DNA of 64,000 nucleotides from the human T2T-CHM13v2.0 reference genome, Homo sapiens (GCF_009914755.1 NC_060935.1), one strand, 5' to 3'; counted from the first letter of the stretch, positions 31,127-46,175 are shown. Translations and numbers: made by a program. The notes: generated by a model not told the origin, from the letters alone.

Positions 31127-32437
31127 GGGTTCCGAGGTAGAAATCATGACAAACTGACAAGTGCTATGAAGGGAAGGCTCACTGGACAAAGAGCACGTGT
31201 GGGGACCCTTGATCCCTTCACAGGCTGCCTGCTCCCTTCGCTCCCCCGGGGCCGGCCAGAGAAAGGGGCAGACTGCTCCCTGCTTACTAGCTTTGGAGTT
31301 ACACGATCTTGTTTCAGAACAGCTTCCTTTGTGTATGCCGTTTCTTTAGCTTGGAATGCTGGCGTTCTCCTGGACCACTGGTCTTCTCCTGGGTCACTCT
31401 TACACACCCTTTGAGACTTAGTTCAGAGGGCACCCTCTCTGAGCGGCCTTTCTAGAATCTGCCAGTTGGGCCAAGTGTATAGGGCTTCTGTCTATGATCC
31501 CACAGCATCCTGGGCATCCCCTGACTCACTAGCTACCACATCCTATGGAAATCTCTCTGTGTGTGTCTCTTCCCTGAACCATGATCTCCATCCGGATCCC
31601 CATCTCCCAGCAGAGTGCCTGCCTGCTGCACAGGGCACAGGGTGGCATATGCATTTGCTGAGCTGAACTTGACTTGAGTCGATCACTTTATGAGCCATAT
31701 GATTGTAGACAAGTTATATAATCCGACAACCTTAATCCTCTTATCTGGGAAGTGAGATAATAAAAATACCTATCTTGCAGGGTTATCATGAGGATTACCT
31801 TACAATATGAAAGATACACAGAGAACATTGTAAAAGGCTATACAAATGTAGGTTATTATGTCTAATTTTTAGGAATAATATTTAGGTTTGTGGCTGTGTG
31901 AAAAGTGCTGAGCCAAGGTCCTCTCATTTTATTCTCAATATCTTTTGAGGCAGGGACTATTAGGGTCTTCATTTTATAGGTTAAGAAGCTGAGACTCAGA
32001 GAGGGCAAATTACTTGGCAAAGACCACACAGCCATAAGTGGTGAAGTTGGAATTTAGACTCGAGATTTTGACCCTACAACATGTTCTGTTGGAGTTAGAG
32101 CAGCTCCCAGACTATCCCTGCAGCTGCAGCAGCCCTTCCACTAACCCCTGCCTTTGTCCTGGCCCTAGAGCTCTGCGAAGCGGGCTCTCTGCCTGTCCCA
32201 GGGGGCATTCAGACCTGGCAGGTACTCTCCTCCCTTCCCTCCCCGCAGTCTGAATTTCAGAGGGCCCCAGGAAGCATGAGCCTGGCTCGCAGTTGGTGCT
32301 TTGGCGATGTCTGCTAAGGGAACGGACGAATGTTGTTTGTAGTCCGCCCAGCTCTTTGCTGCCTTTTGTGGTTTTGCCCGGTTCTCTGGTTCTGGGCCGC
32401 GTGTAATCCCAGCTTCCGGTTTCCTCACGTATACAGA

Positions 32438-32471
32438 TGCGCCACCTAATGGCCACAATGGAGAACTGCAG
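32438..32471 (-). promoter_or_regulatory. Predicted CTCF site (core plus upstream motif)
   Basis: Minus strand reads CTGCAGTTCT-CCATTG-TGGCCATTAGGTGGCGCA. The core matches CCASYAGRKGGCRS with one mismatch, and the TGCAG upstream module sits at the usual spacing. Confidence 0.75.
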
Positions 32472-32539
32472 GATGTAGAGACAAGAGGGAGCTGACCTGG
32501 TTTTAAGAGTCAGCTTCCCAGTGGTAGCCGAACAATGTT

Positions 32540-33300
32540 TGGAGAAATTCGTATTGAGCACCTACTATACGCCAGGCCCTTTCTAAACACTAGGGACAAG
32601 AAGCTTCTGCCCTAGTGGAGTTTACCTTCTAGTGGGAGAGACAGACAATAAATGAATACACAAATACATACATAATACAAGGTTAGGTGTTGATAAGTAC
32701 TAGAAGGAAAGTAACACTGGGCAGGGAATAGATACATCCTAAATTGGCCTCCGGGATTCCCTCCTGGCTTTTCTCCTTCCTCTCTGGTTGTTACTTTTTG
32801 TTTTCTTCCCACCCCTTAAATGCTGGTCTTCCCTAGTTAGCTCTTGCTGGCCATATCTCATTTGACACACTATCTAATGGAAAACCTTCACTTTTCTGTG
32901 AACTCAACTCACATCTTTAAGCTGACGAATTCCAAAGAAGCATCTCAGGCCAGACCTCTCTCTTGAGCTCCAGAGTCATGACCCAACTGTCCACGGGCCT
33001 TCGAAGCTCAGCAGGTGTGACACCACACCCACCGCCTCTCCCAGACACCCATCCATCCCCATATTCTGTATTTTGGAGAATGGCCCCACTGTTTGGGGAC
33101 CAAGTCAGAAATCTGGGGGTCTTTCTGGATTCCACTCTCAGTCACCCTGTCTTGCCAACTAGCCTGGTTAACCCTCTGAAGTATCGCTCAGATTTGTCTC
33201 TTTCCATTCCCACAGGCTTCCTGGATCAGCCATCATCCTTTTGTGCTTGGATTACAATAGTGCTTCTCCCCTCCATCTCCTAGTCCTCTGTGCTTTTCCA
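32540..33300. mobile_element. L2 fragments
   Basis: ATTGAGCACCTACTAT...GGAGTTTACCTTCTAGTGGGAGAGACAGACAAT; TGACGAATTCCAA...CCAGACCTCTCTCTTGAGCTCCAG. Confidence 0.6.
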
Positions 33301-33556
33301 GAGTGACTGTTACAGAAGTCTGAATATTCACCTATCCAGTCAACCAGTAATTCACCCACCATGTGCTGAATGTCTAGCATTCCTCTGTTTCAAATCCTCT
33401 GAAAGTCCCTCATTGCCATCTAAATAGTCTGAACTTCTTGGCCACTGCTGACTCTTCGGCCTTGCTTTTCATCACTTCTTACCTCAATTCCTCCTTGTGG
33501 ATAAGAGCCACCTGCATTTGTTGGAGTAAATCGCTTTTCCCCAATTGCCCCTTTCC

Positions 33557-33863
<307 letters not shown>

Positions 33864-34329
33864 TGCCCCTTTCCTTTTGCTTTGCTAACTTGAAGGTCGG
33901 GCAGCTTGGGTTTGAATCCTGGGTGCTATGTTTACTGGCTTGTGGCCATGGGAAAACTGCTTAGCTTCTCTGTGCCTCAGTGTCCTTATTTGTAAAATAT
34001 GAATTAAAATAACAAAACCAGATTCACTGTATAGTTGCCAGGGTCAAGGAAGATGTAACATGAGAAAATGCTTTGTAAAGGGTCTGATGGATGATGTGGC
34101 ATGTTATTGGTTCTCTAAGCAGACTGGGCTCATTCCTTTGAAAGGCGATAGACGGGCAGGGGAGCTGGGACTTAGAAGTCCCAGATTGCCCCCTTGGTAA
34201 AGCAGAGGTCTATGTCCTTTTCCCTGCTTTGCCCTGCTGGGAGCTGGGTGAAGACCCTGCTGCTCCCATGGGTGATTCCACGCTGCCCTGCCTGGCTTGG
34301 CATCCCCTCCCTCTGGGCCCCCCCACATT

Positions 34330-35000
34330 CTGTGCCAACTGAGGCACACACTGCTTATGGGCTGCAAAGGCACATGTGAGCCCCATGTGGAGCAGAGAGA
34401 TGAGCCATCTCAGCTGAGCTCAGCCCAGATTGCTGACTCACAGTTTTGGAGTGGTTTATTATGCAGTATCTGCATTCAGAACACAATACTCCAAGATATC
34501 GCATCTTAGAAGTTGAGAAAACAGCAGAAGCAAAAAGTTTACTCTCCAATCCCCTGCCTTCCTGGGCGAGAGCTAGCTGTAAAAAATTCTTTGACCCATC
34601 TCCCCTGAAACTAGGTCATGAGATCCTCATTCCAGAGGGATCCTGCCCTATACTCAGAGGAAAGAAACGGTGTACAGGAACTCAAAGAGGAATGCAGGCA
34701 AGGCCTTGCTAAGTTCTTCTGGTTTGTTACCATGAGGTCATACCCCCTTTTTTGTCCAATCACATTTCTGCACAACTGCCCATTCTTTGTTGAACATAAG
34801 CCTACAAATACACAATTTTCCCATGGCATTTGGGCCTTCATTTCTGAAAGCTCACATAAAACTTTGGTTAAATACATCTGTTGCACTTTTCTCTTCTTAA
34901 TCTATCGTTTGTTACACGGGTGTCAGCTGCAAACCTTGTAATGGATGAGGAAAATATATTACTTTTTCTCCCCTGCAGCAGCAAAAGCTAACTGATGTAA
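34330..35000 (+). mobile_element. Old MLT1 LTR 3' part interrupted by a MER34-like LTR
   Basis: CAGCTGAGCTCAGCCCAGATTGCTGAC...TTTTGGAGTGGTTTATTATGCAG, resuming GCAAAAGCTAACTGA. Confidence 0.55.
34468..34977 (+). mobile_element. ERV1 solo LTR, MER34-like
   Basis: AGGTCATGAGATCCTCATTCCAGAGGG...GGCCTTGCT...TTTGTCCAATCACATTTCT...TTCATTTCTGAA...CCCCTGCA. Confidence 0.75.
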
Positions 35001-36075
35001 CCCAGTAGTCCCCTGCTGTTTGATTCAGAACTGGGCCCACGGCATCAACTGTCTCTCCACTTCCCTCCGATCCATTCTCCCTCCACTATGGCCAGGTGAC
35101 TGTTCTGGAAGCTCGGTCTGCTGCTCACAATGTTCAATGGTTCCCACTGCTCCAGCACAAAAATCAATTCCTCATCATGGGGGCCTTCCCCGGTTCTCTC
35201 CAGTGAGGTCTCATCTCTGCAGCTTTCTCCTGTGTGACCATTAACTCTTCTGTGAGGATAGCCTGCCCTTTTACAAATACACGCTTTGGCTTGTGAAGTT
35301 CCCTTTGCTGGGAATCTCCTTGCCTGAGTCTTAACTGGCTGGAATCCCAGCCTCTTTTCAATCAGCTCAAAGGCCTATCATGCCTTGTTAACTCTTGGTT
35401 ATTCTTTAAGACTCAGGCTATTGTCACCTCCTCCACAAAGTCTTCTCTCAATCTCAACCCCTGACTCTCCCACCTGCAGCCTCTGCACTGCCATAAGACC
35501 ATGTGCCCGCCTCAGCAGGTACATGTGGTGCCTGGCGCCATTACCACCTGTTGTTCCCCTGAGGCTGTGAGCTCCTTGAGGGCTGGTCCTTGCCAAATTC
35601 TCTCTCTAGTACTTAGTACAGTGCCTGGCATAGTGAGCACTTAATAAATACTTGTTGCCTGGTGCCTTGCCTGATCCCACTGAATTAGAAGCCCCCTCCC
35701 CACCTGAGCACCTCTTACACTGGTCCTCACCACATCTCTATTGCATTGACTTGTGGACCTGTTTCAGGTTCCCTACAGTTGCAGGGTAGGAGTCCTGGCG
35801 CCTCTTTGCCTGTCTCCCATTGCCTAGTATGTTACCTTGGATGCAGTCATAAAAAAACAGCACCAATAATATGAATAATAGCTAACATTGATATAGGGCT
35901 TACCACACAGCAAGAACTCTTCTGTGTACTTTACAAATATCCTTTAATCCTCACAGCTCTATATAAGGTAGATACAATGACGATGCATATTTTGGAGGTG
36001 AGGAAACAGCCACAAAGTAGTCAAGTTACTTGCCCAACATCACATAGCTAGTAAGCAGCAGAGCTGGGATATGGG

Positions 36076-36218
36076 TAGGGTTTCCAGACTTAACAAATCA
36101 AAGAACAGTAGGCCCTGTTAAATGTAAATTTCAGATAAATTAAAAAATGGTAGTGTAAGTATGTTTATCTGAAATTCACATTTAACAGGGAATCCTGTAT
36201 TTTATCTGGCAATCCTGT
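36076..36218 (+). mobile_element. MER53, internally deleted, with a near-perfect inverted repeat
   Basis: TAGGGTTTCCAGA...TATTTTATCTGGCAATCCT; arms at 36113-36139 and 36164-36190. Confidence 0.8.
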
Positions 36219-36310
36219 AGATGTGTTAATTACATATATGTGATTTAATTAATGTAGGTGTGCTTTCCCCCTCTTCAGACCCTCCCCGCCTCCACTTAGG
36301 TCTATATTAA

Positions 36311-36643
<333 letters not shown>

Positions 36644-39600
36644 ACAAGTGGGATTGTTAAAGGATGTGGCATCCGATATATTTGGCAGCACAATCGCACA
36701 GACGTGTCTCCAAGGAGGTTGGGGACAGAGAGAAAAGAGGAACAAGGAGCAAGACGCAGGTTTAGGATGATGGCATGTAGCTCAGAGGAAGGTGTGCTGG
36801 AGGCTGTTTCAGTTCTGCTCCTAACCTGGGGGTGGGGGGAACCCTGAACTAGCTGACTTCAGAGGTCCCCTGCAAAGGTTTGGGACACTGGGAAGCCCAC
36901 TTCTCAGCTGGAGCTCATATTGTTTAGGGGATAAGAAGGGAGGCCCTGAAGTCAGAGTGCCTGGCTGGGCTTCTGGCTCCGTCATTCACTGGCCACGTGA
37001 CCATGTGCAAATTCTCTGTGCTGGATGATGTTAATGTCATAGATATTATAGTAGCTGTTGTACAGGGCTGGTGTGCTGTTTAAATGAGTTCATGTAAGAG
37101 TTATGCAGTGTCTTGTCCCAGAGCTTGGCACTGTAGTAAGAACCCACTAAATTTTAGCTCTTAGTATTATTGTTGTTTATTTAATAAGTAACTCCACATG
37201 GGGGCAGAGTAGCATATTGCATGTGAAATGGGCTTGTTTCCACCTCTTGTTCTGCTATTACCTTGTTCCATGCCCAGCCCTGGACTCCTGAGATGGAATG
37301 GTCAGTACCTTGCCTCAAAGCACCTTTAAACCACTAGAGCGATGACAAGGAGGTCACAGACCCAAAGATCCCACAGCTGTACAGGTCTGATGGGCAGCCC
37401 TGCTGCCTTTAGGCAGGAGACCCCAAGGGAGGGAGGGCTAGTCCAGTGGGCCAGGGAAAGGGAGCCAGGTGCTGTCAGGGTCAAAGTCAGCAGTGGCTTG
37501 GTTCGCTCCTTAAATTAGGAAGGGTGAATGTCCTGTTTATATTTGGTTAAACCCTGAAAGAGGGTCTGAGCATCTCAGGGCAGAGCTACTTGTGAGGAGA
37601 CAGACGTTTCATTAATAATGAGTAGGGATGTAAGTCTCAGGCTGTATGCAGAGTGGAGGAAGGGAGGTGGGTAGAGAAGGGAGCTGCAGTGATTTGCACG
37701 CAAGCAGACCAGTGTGCCTGTGCCGGCTCCAGATGACAGAGGGTGCTACGTGGCCGCCGTCTGCACAGCAAGGGTGAGAGGGCTTGGGAGAGGCCAGCAG
37801 AGAAGGGACAGTGGGGTGGGGGAGTGCATCAAACTGGAGAGAGGAAGGGGTGAGTAGGGCTGGGGCAGGAAGGCCAGTGTGTGGTGCTGGGTGGCTTACA
37901 CTCACCCTCCCAGTCCTGCGGAGCGAGAGACTTTCTCCTTTCTCCAGCCCAGCTCCTATGCTGATGGCTGCAGGATGGGTGAGAGCGCTTCTTAGGTGTG
38001 TTTGCAGGAATAACCGGCACATGCCCCCTTGCAGCCGCTCACAAAGCTCTCCAGCTGGTTTCGACCTTAACCTGATTTGGGGTCTCTTTTGCTCAACACA
38101 GCTGGGTTGGTGGGAAAAGCCCATCATGGTGGCTGCCGTGGACTTGTATAATCCATGCTTCATGGTATGGTGGGCCCTTGCAGTAGCCTTATTTCATAGG
38201 TGGGTAAACTGAGGCATAGGCTGGCCAAAACATTTGGGGCAAGTCACGCAACTGGCAAGGACTCTGGCTCAGATCCTGCTGCCCCAACCACTCAGTCCTA
38301 ACTGCGGTACCATAGGCTGTGCTAGCAGGAGGATCTGCATTGGTTCACTTCGGTAGCTTTAATAGCATCAAGGCAGCCATCCTGACCCAGCAAAGGGCCA
38401 GGCAGGGACTTGGAGTGTCCCCGCTGGTCCCATAAATAGAAGCAGAACTGATATAGTTGGTTTTGCTATGGGCTCCCCATCCGGTAAATCCACCTCCTCA
38501 ACGAGCCTCATAGTTTCAGTAAGGACGAAAATGAGGCCAGGTAGAAATCCTGCCTACCGATACCCTGGAGCCTCAGAAGTCTTAGCAGAAATGGAGGGGC
38601 GCAGGAAGATGGTCATTACATTAAGGGGTTTAAAAAATAAGCACAAGACATTCCAGTAGCTTTCTTTTGAGATGACAGATTAGGAATACTGTGTTTTGCA
38701 GGATAAAAGCATGCATTTGTTCCATATCTTGGTTGGTTACAGGCCAGCAGGGCAGGCAGGAGGAGGGAATAGAGAGGTGACCATGAGACAGAAGGGCAAA
38801 AATTAAAAAGACAGGCAAAGAGGCAAAGACACAGGGCGGGGCGTGGGGTGCAAGTCACCTGCTCAGGAAGAAGATGGATGTGGGGAGACACACACAGTCC
38901 TTTGGGATGGAGCACCATAAAACCAAATGGCAGTGTTCCAAGGAAGGAAACAAGCAAAACACTTTCTCTAGGCCTCTTGCTACAAACACTCATTTCAGGG
39001 AATCCCAGAAAATCACTAAAATATACCTTTCAACTTTATGCAAATTTACCAGATCCACTGTTTGCCAGAATCCTAAGAGGAAAAAGTCAAAATCCTTTTC
39101 CGACCTGAGCCTTCTTCTTTTTTTGTTTTTTCTCAAAAAGTACAAGCTTCTACATTTGAAAAAGGGCAATATTTTTAGAACTCATTAGATGAAAGTGTTT
39201 TAATTCTCATCTACAGTCTGGCCTTATAGTTATTTTTTGAAATCTCCTCTGTTCCTCATTTTTCACATTTGCCCCATTCTGGGGAGGGAGGCCTGGCCTT
39301 TTTACCCTGTGGGGACAGTCACTGGAAGTGAGCTTCCTGTCTTTAGCCACAGACAACTCCAGAGTGGAACTCAGCAGGGAGTTGGCCGCCCCGCACTCCA
39401 GCATGAGTCCTTCTGTCCTGTCCTGAAAGGGGTAAAGAGAAACTTGGTAGCACCGCAGCTTCCACTACGGGGTGCCGCTCACAGAAGGCGGAGGTGGAGG
39501 GAGGGAATGGCCTCTTCCCCCAGGGTGTCTTCTTTCGCTCCATCACTGTTGAGGTGGGATGGGGCTGGTTTTGGCACTAGAGTGCTTACGATCAGAATAA

Positions 39601-41913
39601 GCCCCTTATTCAGAATAAGAAGAGCTTGGTTACTGGGTAAGGAGGGGACTGTGGGCCTCCTATGTTCATCTGAGACCTATTCACCGGGGCAGGGAGGGAC
39701 TCCTCATCTGGCTCTGATTATCCCTACAATTAAGTTTGCTGGTGTTGGTGGGGATGGCTTTGGGGCCACCCAGGCCCCTGCATCTCCAGCCCTTGGTGGG
39801 TGATGTCAGGCAGGTGAAGAAAGGGCACAGCCTTTGCTCTCAGACAGAGCTGGGAATGATCCCACAGGGTGACCCTGAACAAGTTTATCAACCTTCCTGA
39901 GCCTCAGTTTCCTCACCTGTAAAGTGGAGCTAATATGTGCCTCGAGTAATGCAGGATTAAAGGAGAAGATGTAGTAGGTCCGCAGTCGTGGAGGCAGCCT
40001 GCTGGTCAGCATGAAGACAAAGGCTGCTGCTGAAGACCCACTGCCTTCTCTTGTGTGAAGATGAGCTGCTCCCCTGGTTAAGGCAGAGTGGCAAGGAAGC
40101 TCAGACCAAATGCATTTGTGCAGTGGAAGAGAAGCAACATGGAAGGAGCCGCGGCTTCCAGTGACCTGGCCTGTGGCCCAGGGAGCTGCAGATGGAGGCT
40201 CCGTGAGCTGGAGCCCACACCCTCCCACCACCCATGAGCCACACAGGGAAAGCCTGCTAGGTGACTGCTCTCCTCTGGCCTCTCCCTGCTCCTACCTGTT
40301 CCCCACAGGGGATCCCCCCAAAATGACGATCTAATCAAGTTGTCCCTCTGCTTATGGTGTCCAAAGCCCCACAGCACCCAGGCCTGGCCACCTTTGCAGC
40401 CTTACCCCGTGCCCGTCTCCAGCCAGGAAGACGGGATCCTTGCCGCAGGCCACAGCCACATAGCCACGGGCCTCGGACCCTGGATCTGTGGCTCTCTCCT
40501 CCGAGACTGCGCTTCCTTTCCTTTCCTGACTTGTGGACACCTACACGATGTTCAGTCTTTGCTCAGATGTGCCCTCTGACCTCCACTAGACTGCGCTTAG
40601 GCATCTGGAGCGCAGCAGTCAGTCTCATCCTGGGGTGCATCCCAGGGCTCAGCCTGGGACCTCAGCATGGGGCTGAGCAGGACGGAAGCTGTAGATGGAT
40701 GCGCTGCGTTTGCGGTGGAGAGCCGGCTGCATGGGAATCACTGCTGGCTGGACCCGGGTGCCTGGCTCGATGGGAGCTTCCTAAGGGAAGCAGCCCTGTC
40801 ATGTTCCTCTTTGTCTCTCTCTCCTGCCCCAGCTCAGCCTGCACGGAGCAGGTGCTCAACAGATGAGCACCCCATCAATGATGGAAGGGTAAGAAGAGAC
40901 GCCTGCATCAGGTGGGAGTTAGGTGGGGAAAACAAAGCTTCCAGAGGGGATACTTTGGGAGGCGCAGATCTAGGACACATTGATAAGCATGGAGTGTCAA
41001 CTATGTTCCAAAAGCTTCCTGATGGCCCTATTGTTACTCCATCTTGGATTCCTGGGTCAATTTTGGGAGATGCTGAGATCTGTAGTCCATAAGGGCATTG
41101 CTGGATGCAGATGTGTGAATCACCATAAGTTTGGACCCAGGACAGCTGGTGTCCCCTGGCTTTCCTGAGACCTTGGACGTGCCCCTTCCCCTCTGCATTC
41201 CCCACTCTCCACCTTCCACCACCCCTTTCTCAGGGGCCCATCAGCTAGGCCTAGCAGCCCTTGGATCCTTAATCACCTCTGTTCTTTTGCTGGCTCTCTC
41301 TGAGGCTTCCCTTTCAGCTTTGATGAGCAACTCACTTGCCATGGAAAGTGTGTTGTTCATGGCGGATCCTCTATCAAAAAACAGGATGGTGTCGAGTTGC
41401 AGTGGGTGCGCTGGGATCAGTCCGGGTTAAAATATGTGGGTCTCAGCTCAGATCTCCATCCCTGGCACTGTGCAGGAATCTGGGCGTGTTAGTGCTGCAT
41501 ACGTTGGGGAAAATGAGACGTGTTGCTTGGAAGCAGCCCATGAGCTGCTTCGAGGAGTGAACGGGGTGAGGTGTCCAGTGTTGCTTTGAAGTGAAATGTT
41601 TTGGATGTGCCTTAAAGTCACAGTTAGCTCCCATGATGGGCATTCGTGTTTGTGGCCAGAGGCATACATAATCCAAATCTGGTGTATAATTGAGAATATT
41701 ATTTGCATTTGGCTTTGGAATGCATTGTGTGTGTGTGTGTGGCGGGGGCGGGGGAGGCAAGGCAGCTTTACTTTCTGTGTATGTTTATTTTAGACTCCCA
41801 TTAGCATTAATTTGCATTCACTGGACACAGCCGCTAGGGAGAGGTGAGCAGAGCTTTCTCCCCATGAAGTATTCTTCAGCCTGGCCCTGTCCGTGAGCCA
41901 GGTTATTGGAAAT

Positions 41914-41987
41914 AGACCGTGTAGGCCTGTGTTCCACGGGTGCTCAGAAAAGACCATGTAGGCCTGTGTTCCACGGGTGCTCAGAAA
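41914..41987. repeat. 37-bp tandem duplication (2 copies, 1 mismatch)
   Basis: AGACC(G/A)TGTAGGCCTGTGTTCCACGGGTGCTCAGAAA x2. Confidence 0.95.
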
Positions 41988-42951
41988 TCCTGGGGGCTGA
42001 GATACAACCTCAGTGAACAAGCCACTGGGCCAGGGATGCAGAGCTGTGTTTGTGGTGAGACCTGGGAGCGACTCCTGGACTCCCGGTTCCAGGCTGCATG
42101 GCCTTGGATACGTTAATTAGTTATTTGAGCCTGTGTCTTCGTCATAAAATAAGAGGGATAATAATTCTGTGAAGGTTAGGAGAAGTTCCATGGGATGGCA
42201 TTTGTGACGTCCCCAGAACAGGGCTCAGTGAATGCTCATTCCTTTTCTTGTCTCTCCTCCCTCCTCGTCTCCCAAAGAATGGGTCTGCCTTCTTCATCTC
42301 TTGCGAGTCTGGGACTCCAAGGGCCGAGCAGAGCCGGCAGTAGCATTTGGAGTCAAATAGGAAGACGCCACTGCTTCCTTCTGGAGTGCAAGGTCAGGCA
42401 GGGATGCTCATTTGCTCTTAAGGGTGCAGGGGGTCCACAAATGCCTGAGGATCCACAGCCCACCTGCACGAGGAGGGGGCGTTTGGAGGGTGGAGGAGAG
42501 CCTGTTGTCTCTTTGGAGAATGGGGCAGGGCTCTGTCTGGATTTTGGGTCCATCCCGTAGTGGAAAGGGGTCCTATGTGAACAGAAGGGAGGGCTTCAGA
42601 TAATCCTGAAACCGGAATCCCAAAGACAAGCCCTGAGTCTCCAGGCCACCACTTTCTACCTGCGTGGACTCTGGCGAGTTGCACCTCCCCGGGCGTCAGC
42701 GTCTGCATCTGAAAGTGGGCATGGCGGTGAAACCACCTGAGGGTCAGGAAGGCTGAGTGAAGGCCAGAAGCCTGTGAGCCTGAAACTCTGCTCAGGTGTC
42801 CGAATGTAATGTGAGCCCAAGGAGGGCGGGCGCGTGCTGGCTCTGAGCGGGTGCTTTATTGTGTGATGGGTGGGGACACTTGCTCTCAGGGGGAAAGAAA
42901 GCGCCCTCTCTTCCTGCAGGGCTGGCTGAGAACTAATTCAAGGCCACGTGA

Positions 42952-43510
<559 letters not shown>

Positions 43511-44750
43511 GAGATTTGGAGTATTGATAGAGGGATTTCAGAATCTGGACTTTTATTGTCTCACTTCCCTTCAGTGAGCCAAAGGGCCCCATCCTTGCTT
43601 ACCTCAGTTTCCTCCGGGCTTATAAAATGGACAAAAGGATAAGTTGCAGAGGGCCACTGAGGAACTGGGAGGATGATCTATAGACAGTCTCCTCTTCACT
43701 GAAAGGGGAAGATGGGCTCAGGCTGCAGCGTGAGGGAGTGAGGTTAGACATCTGGAAGAACTGTTGTTGGAGACACAGCTGGGGAAGGGAGGTCAGGCCT
43801 CTTTTTCCCAAGCCTGTTCCCCTACCCCCGATGAGGGATGAGGTGGATGTGACAAGGTGACATGACCCTAAGGCAGGGGGATGGACCTGGTGGCTCTGCA
43901 AAGCCCCTCTCAGCCCCTGTCCACTCAAGTACTTCCTCATTAGTTTTGCTGAAGTTACTTCCCTGCTCCCAGTTAGCCCCTGTCCGTCCAGTTCTGAGAG
44001 GTGTTTCTATCTGTAGGGGCCGAGGGGCTAGGGGAGCATGGGGCTGGAGTGGGAAGGAGGAGGAGGAGGGATGAGGCTGCCAATTGCCACCGCCACACAG
44101 CAAGCGTCACCTCAGCTGTTGGAGGGGAACAGCCACCAGGCCATTTTTATGACTTCCTATCAAACTTTGATAAATTGACTCTGAAAGGGCCTTTTCTTCC
44201 AAGCAGTTCATGCCTCAGTGACTGTTAATGGTGAAATATCAAGATGCTGAGGGGGCTCTGAGCTGGACCGTGCAGGGAGGACTGGCTTCTTACCTGCCCC
44301 GAGACCCAGCTCTTTCCTCCTCTTGGATGCTCTGGAGAGGGAGGGGGCAGGACTAGATAGAGACCTCCAGGCAGATGGCAAGGTTGGTCTCCAGAAAAGA
44401 CAGACCAGGGGATGAGGGTGGAGGAATTAAGTTAGACATGCCGCAGAACTTCCTGGCCGTGGGCTGAGTGACCCAAAAGGCCGTAGAACAGCCTCGGTGC
44501 TGCGGCTAACTGACAGGGGGCAGGAATTGGCACTGCTTGTTGCACAGCAATTTCCCTGCAGGGATTGACGTGGAGCGTGACAAAGACAGTGAGGTAGGCA
44601 GTGAGGTAGGCAGAGTAGCAACCTGCCTCTATCTCATGGCCTCTCAGGGCAGGCAGCAGCCCTCCTGGACTCAGGAGGAAAGGGCTCAGTGGGGACCACA
44701 GGCATTGAGCCCAATGCCTCTCAGGCATCATGCAATGAGAATTGGAGCTG

Positions 44751-45269
<519 letters not shown>

Positions 45270-45442
45270 CTACTCTGCCCCCAGCTGGCCCCGCCTGGGC
45301 AAACACATGGTGACAGGGCAGTCGCTGGCCCAGAGCTGCTTCATTCCTACTTCTCCCTTCCTTCAAGGCTGGTTCTGGGTCCCGGAACCATCCTTTCCTG
45401 GTTCAGGCTGGGTGCAGGCCGTCCAGCACCACCTCTCTGACT

Positions 45443-46175
45443 CAAGGCTGGAATTAGTGGGGAGGTGAGTGAGGCTCTTGTCTCGGGCACAAACTTTAAG
45501 GGTGTACTCAAAACCCCAGTAATGGAAATAAATAATATCTTAATGCAAATTAAACAAATCAGAACGAATGTAAAAATATCCACGATGAGGAAAATATCAC
45601 AATTTTAAGTAAAGACAGGATTAGGGAGCTGCAGTTAATTAAGAATTGTTTAAGATGGTCACTTGGTCAAGAGAAATGGTCAAAATGCCAATTCTCTCAG
45701 TCGAAAATGAGATAAGCAAAGAAGTAGATGATTACTATTACTGGTGAGTTATTTTCCATTACAGCCAGGAAAGTAAAATGAAATACATTCTGTTTTTGCT
45801 GTAAATAAAATATTTAAGTGTAACATAATGTTGGGGATTTTAATACACCTGCTTTTAAATGTTTCAATATTTTTCCAACTACTTCAATGTTCTGGAAAAA
45901 ATTTACCACTTAAAGAATACTTTAAAAATATAAATGAGGTGCACGTTTTCCCTCTTGCTGCAGGGTCTATTGTGACTTGGCTTGGTGCTGTTGCTGATCC
46001 TATCTTTGTCTAATATTTTGATATTTTGCTTATCATGGATTTTTTCACATTCATTTGGATTTTTAAAAATATTGCTTTAAAATGTTATTTGTCTAGATTA
46101 TTGATTCTTTGGGTACCCTTTACATTTTGTGCCTGAGAATGATGCCTCACTCTGAACTTAGTTTTATTCTGTTCC
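45443..46175. mobile_element. hAT-Tip100 non-autonomous DNA transposon (MER115/Zaphod-like) with long terminal inverted repeats
   Basis: ~155-bp degenerate inverted repeats at 45467-45624 and 45994-46152; AT-rich interior. Confidence 0.7.
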
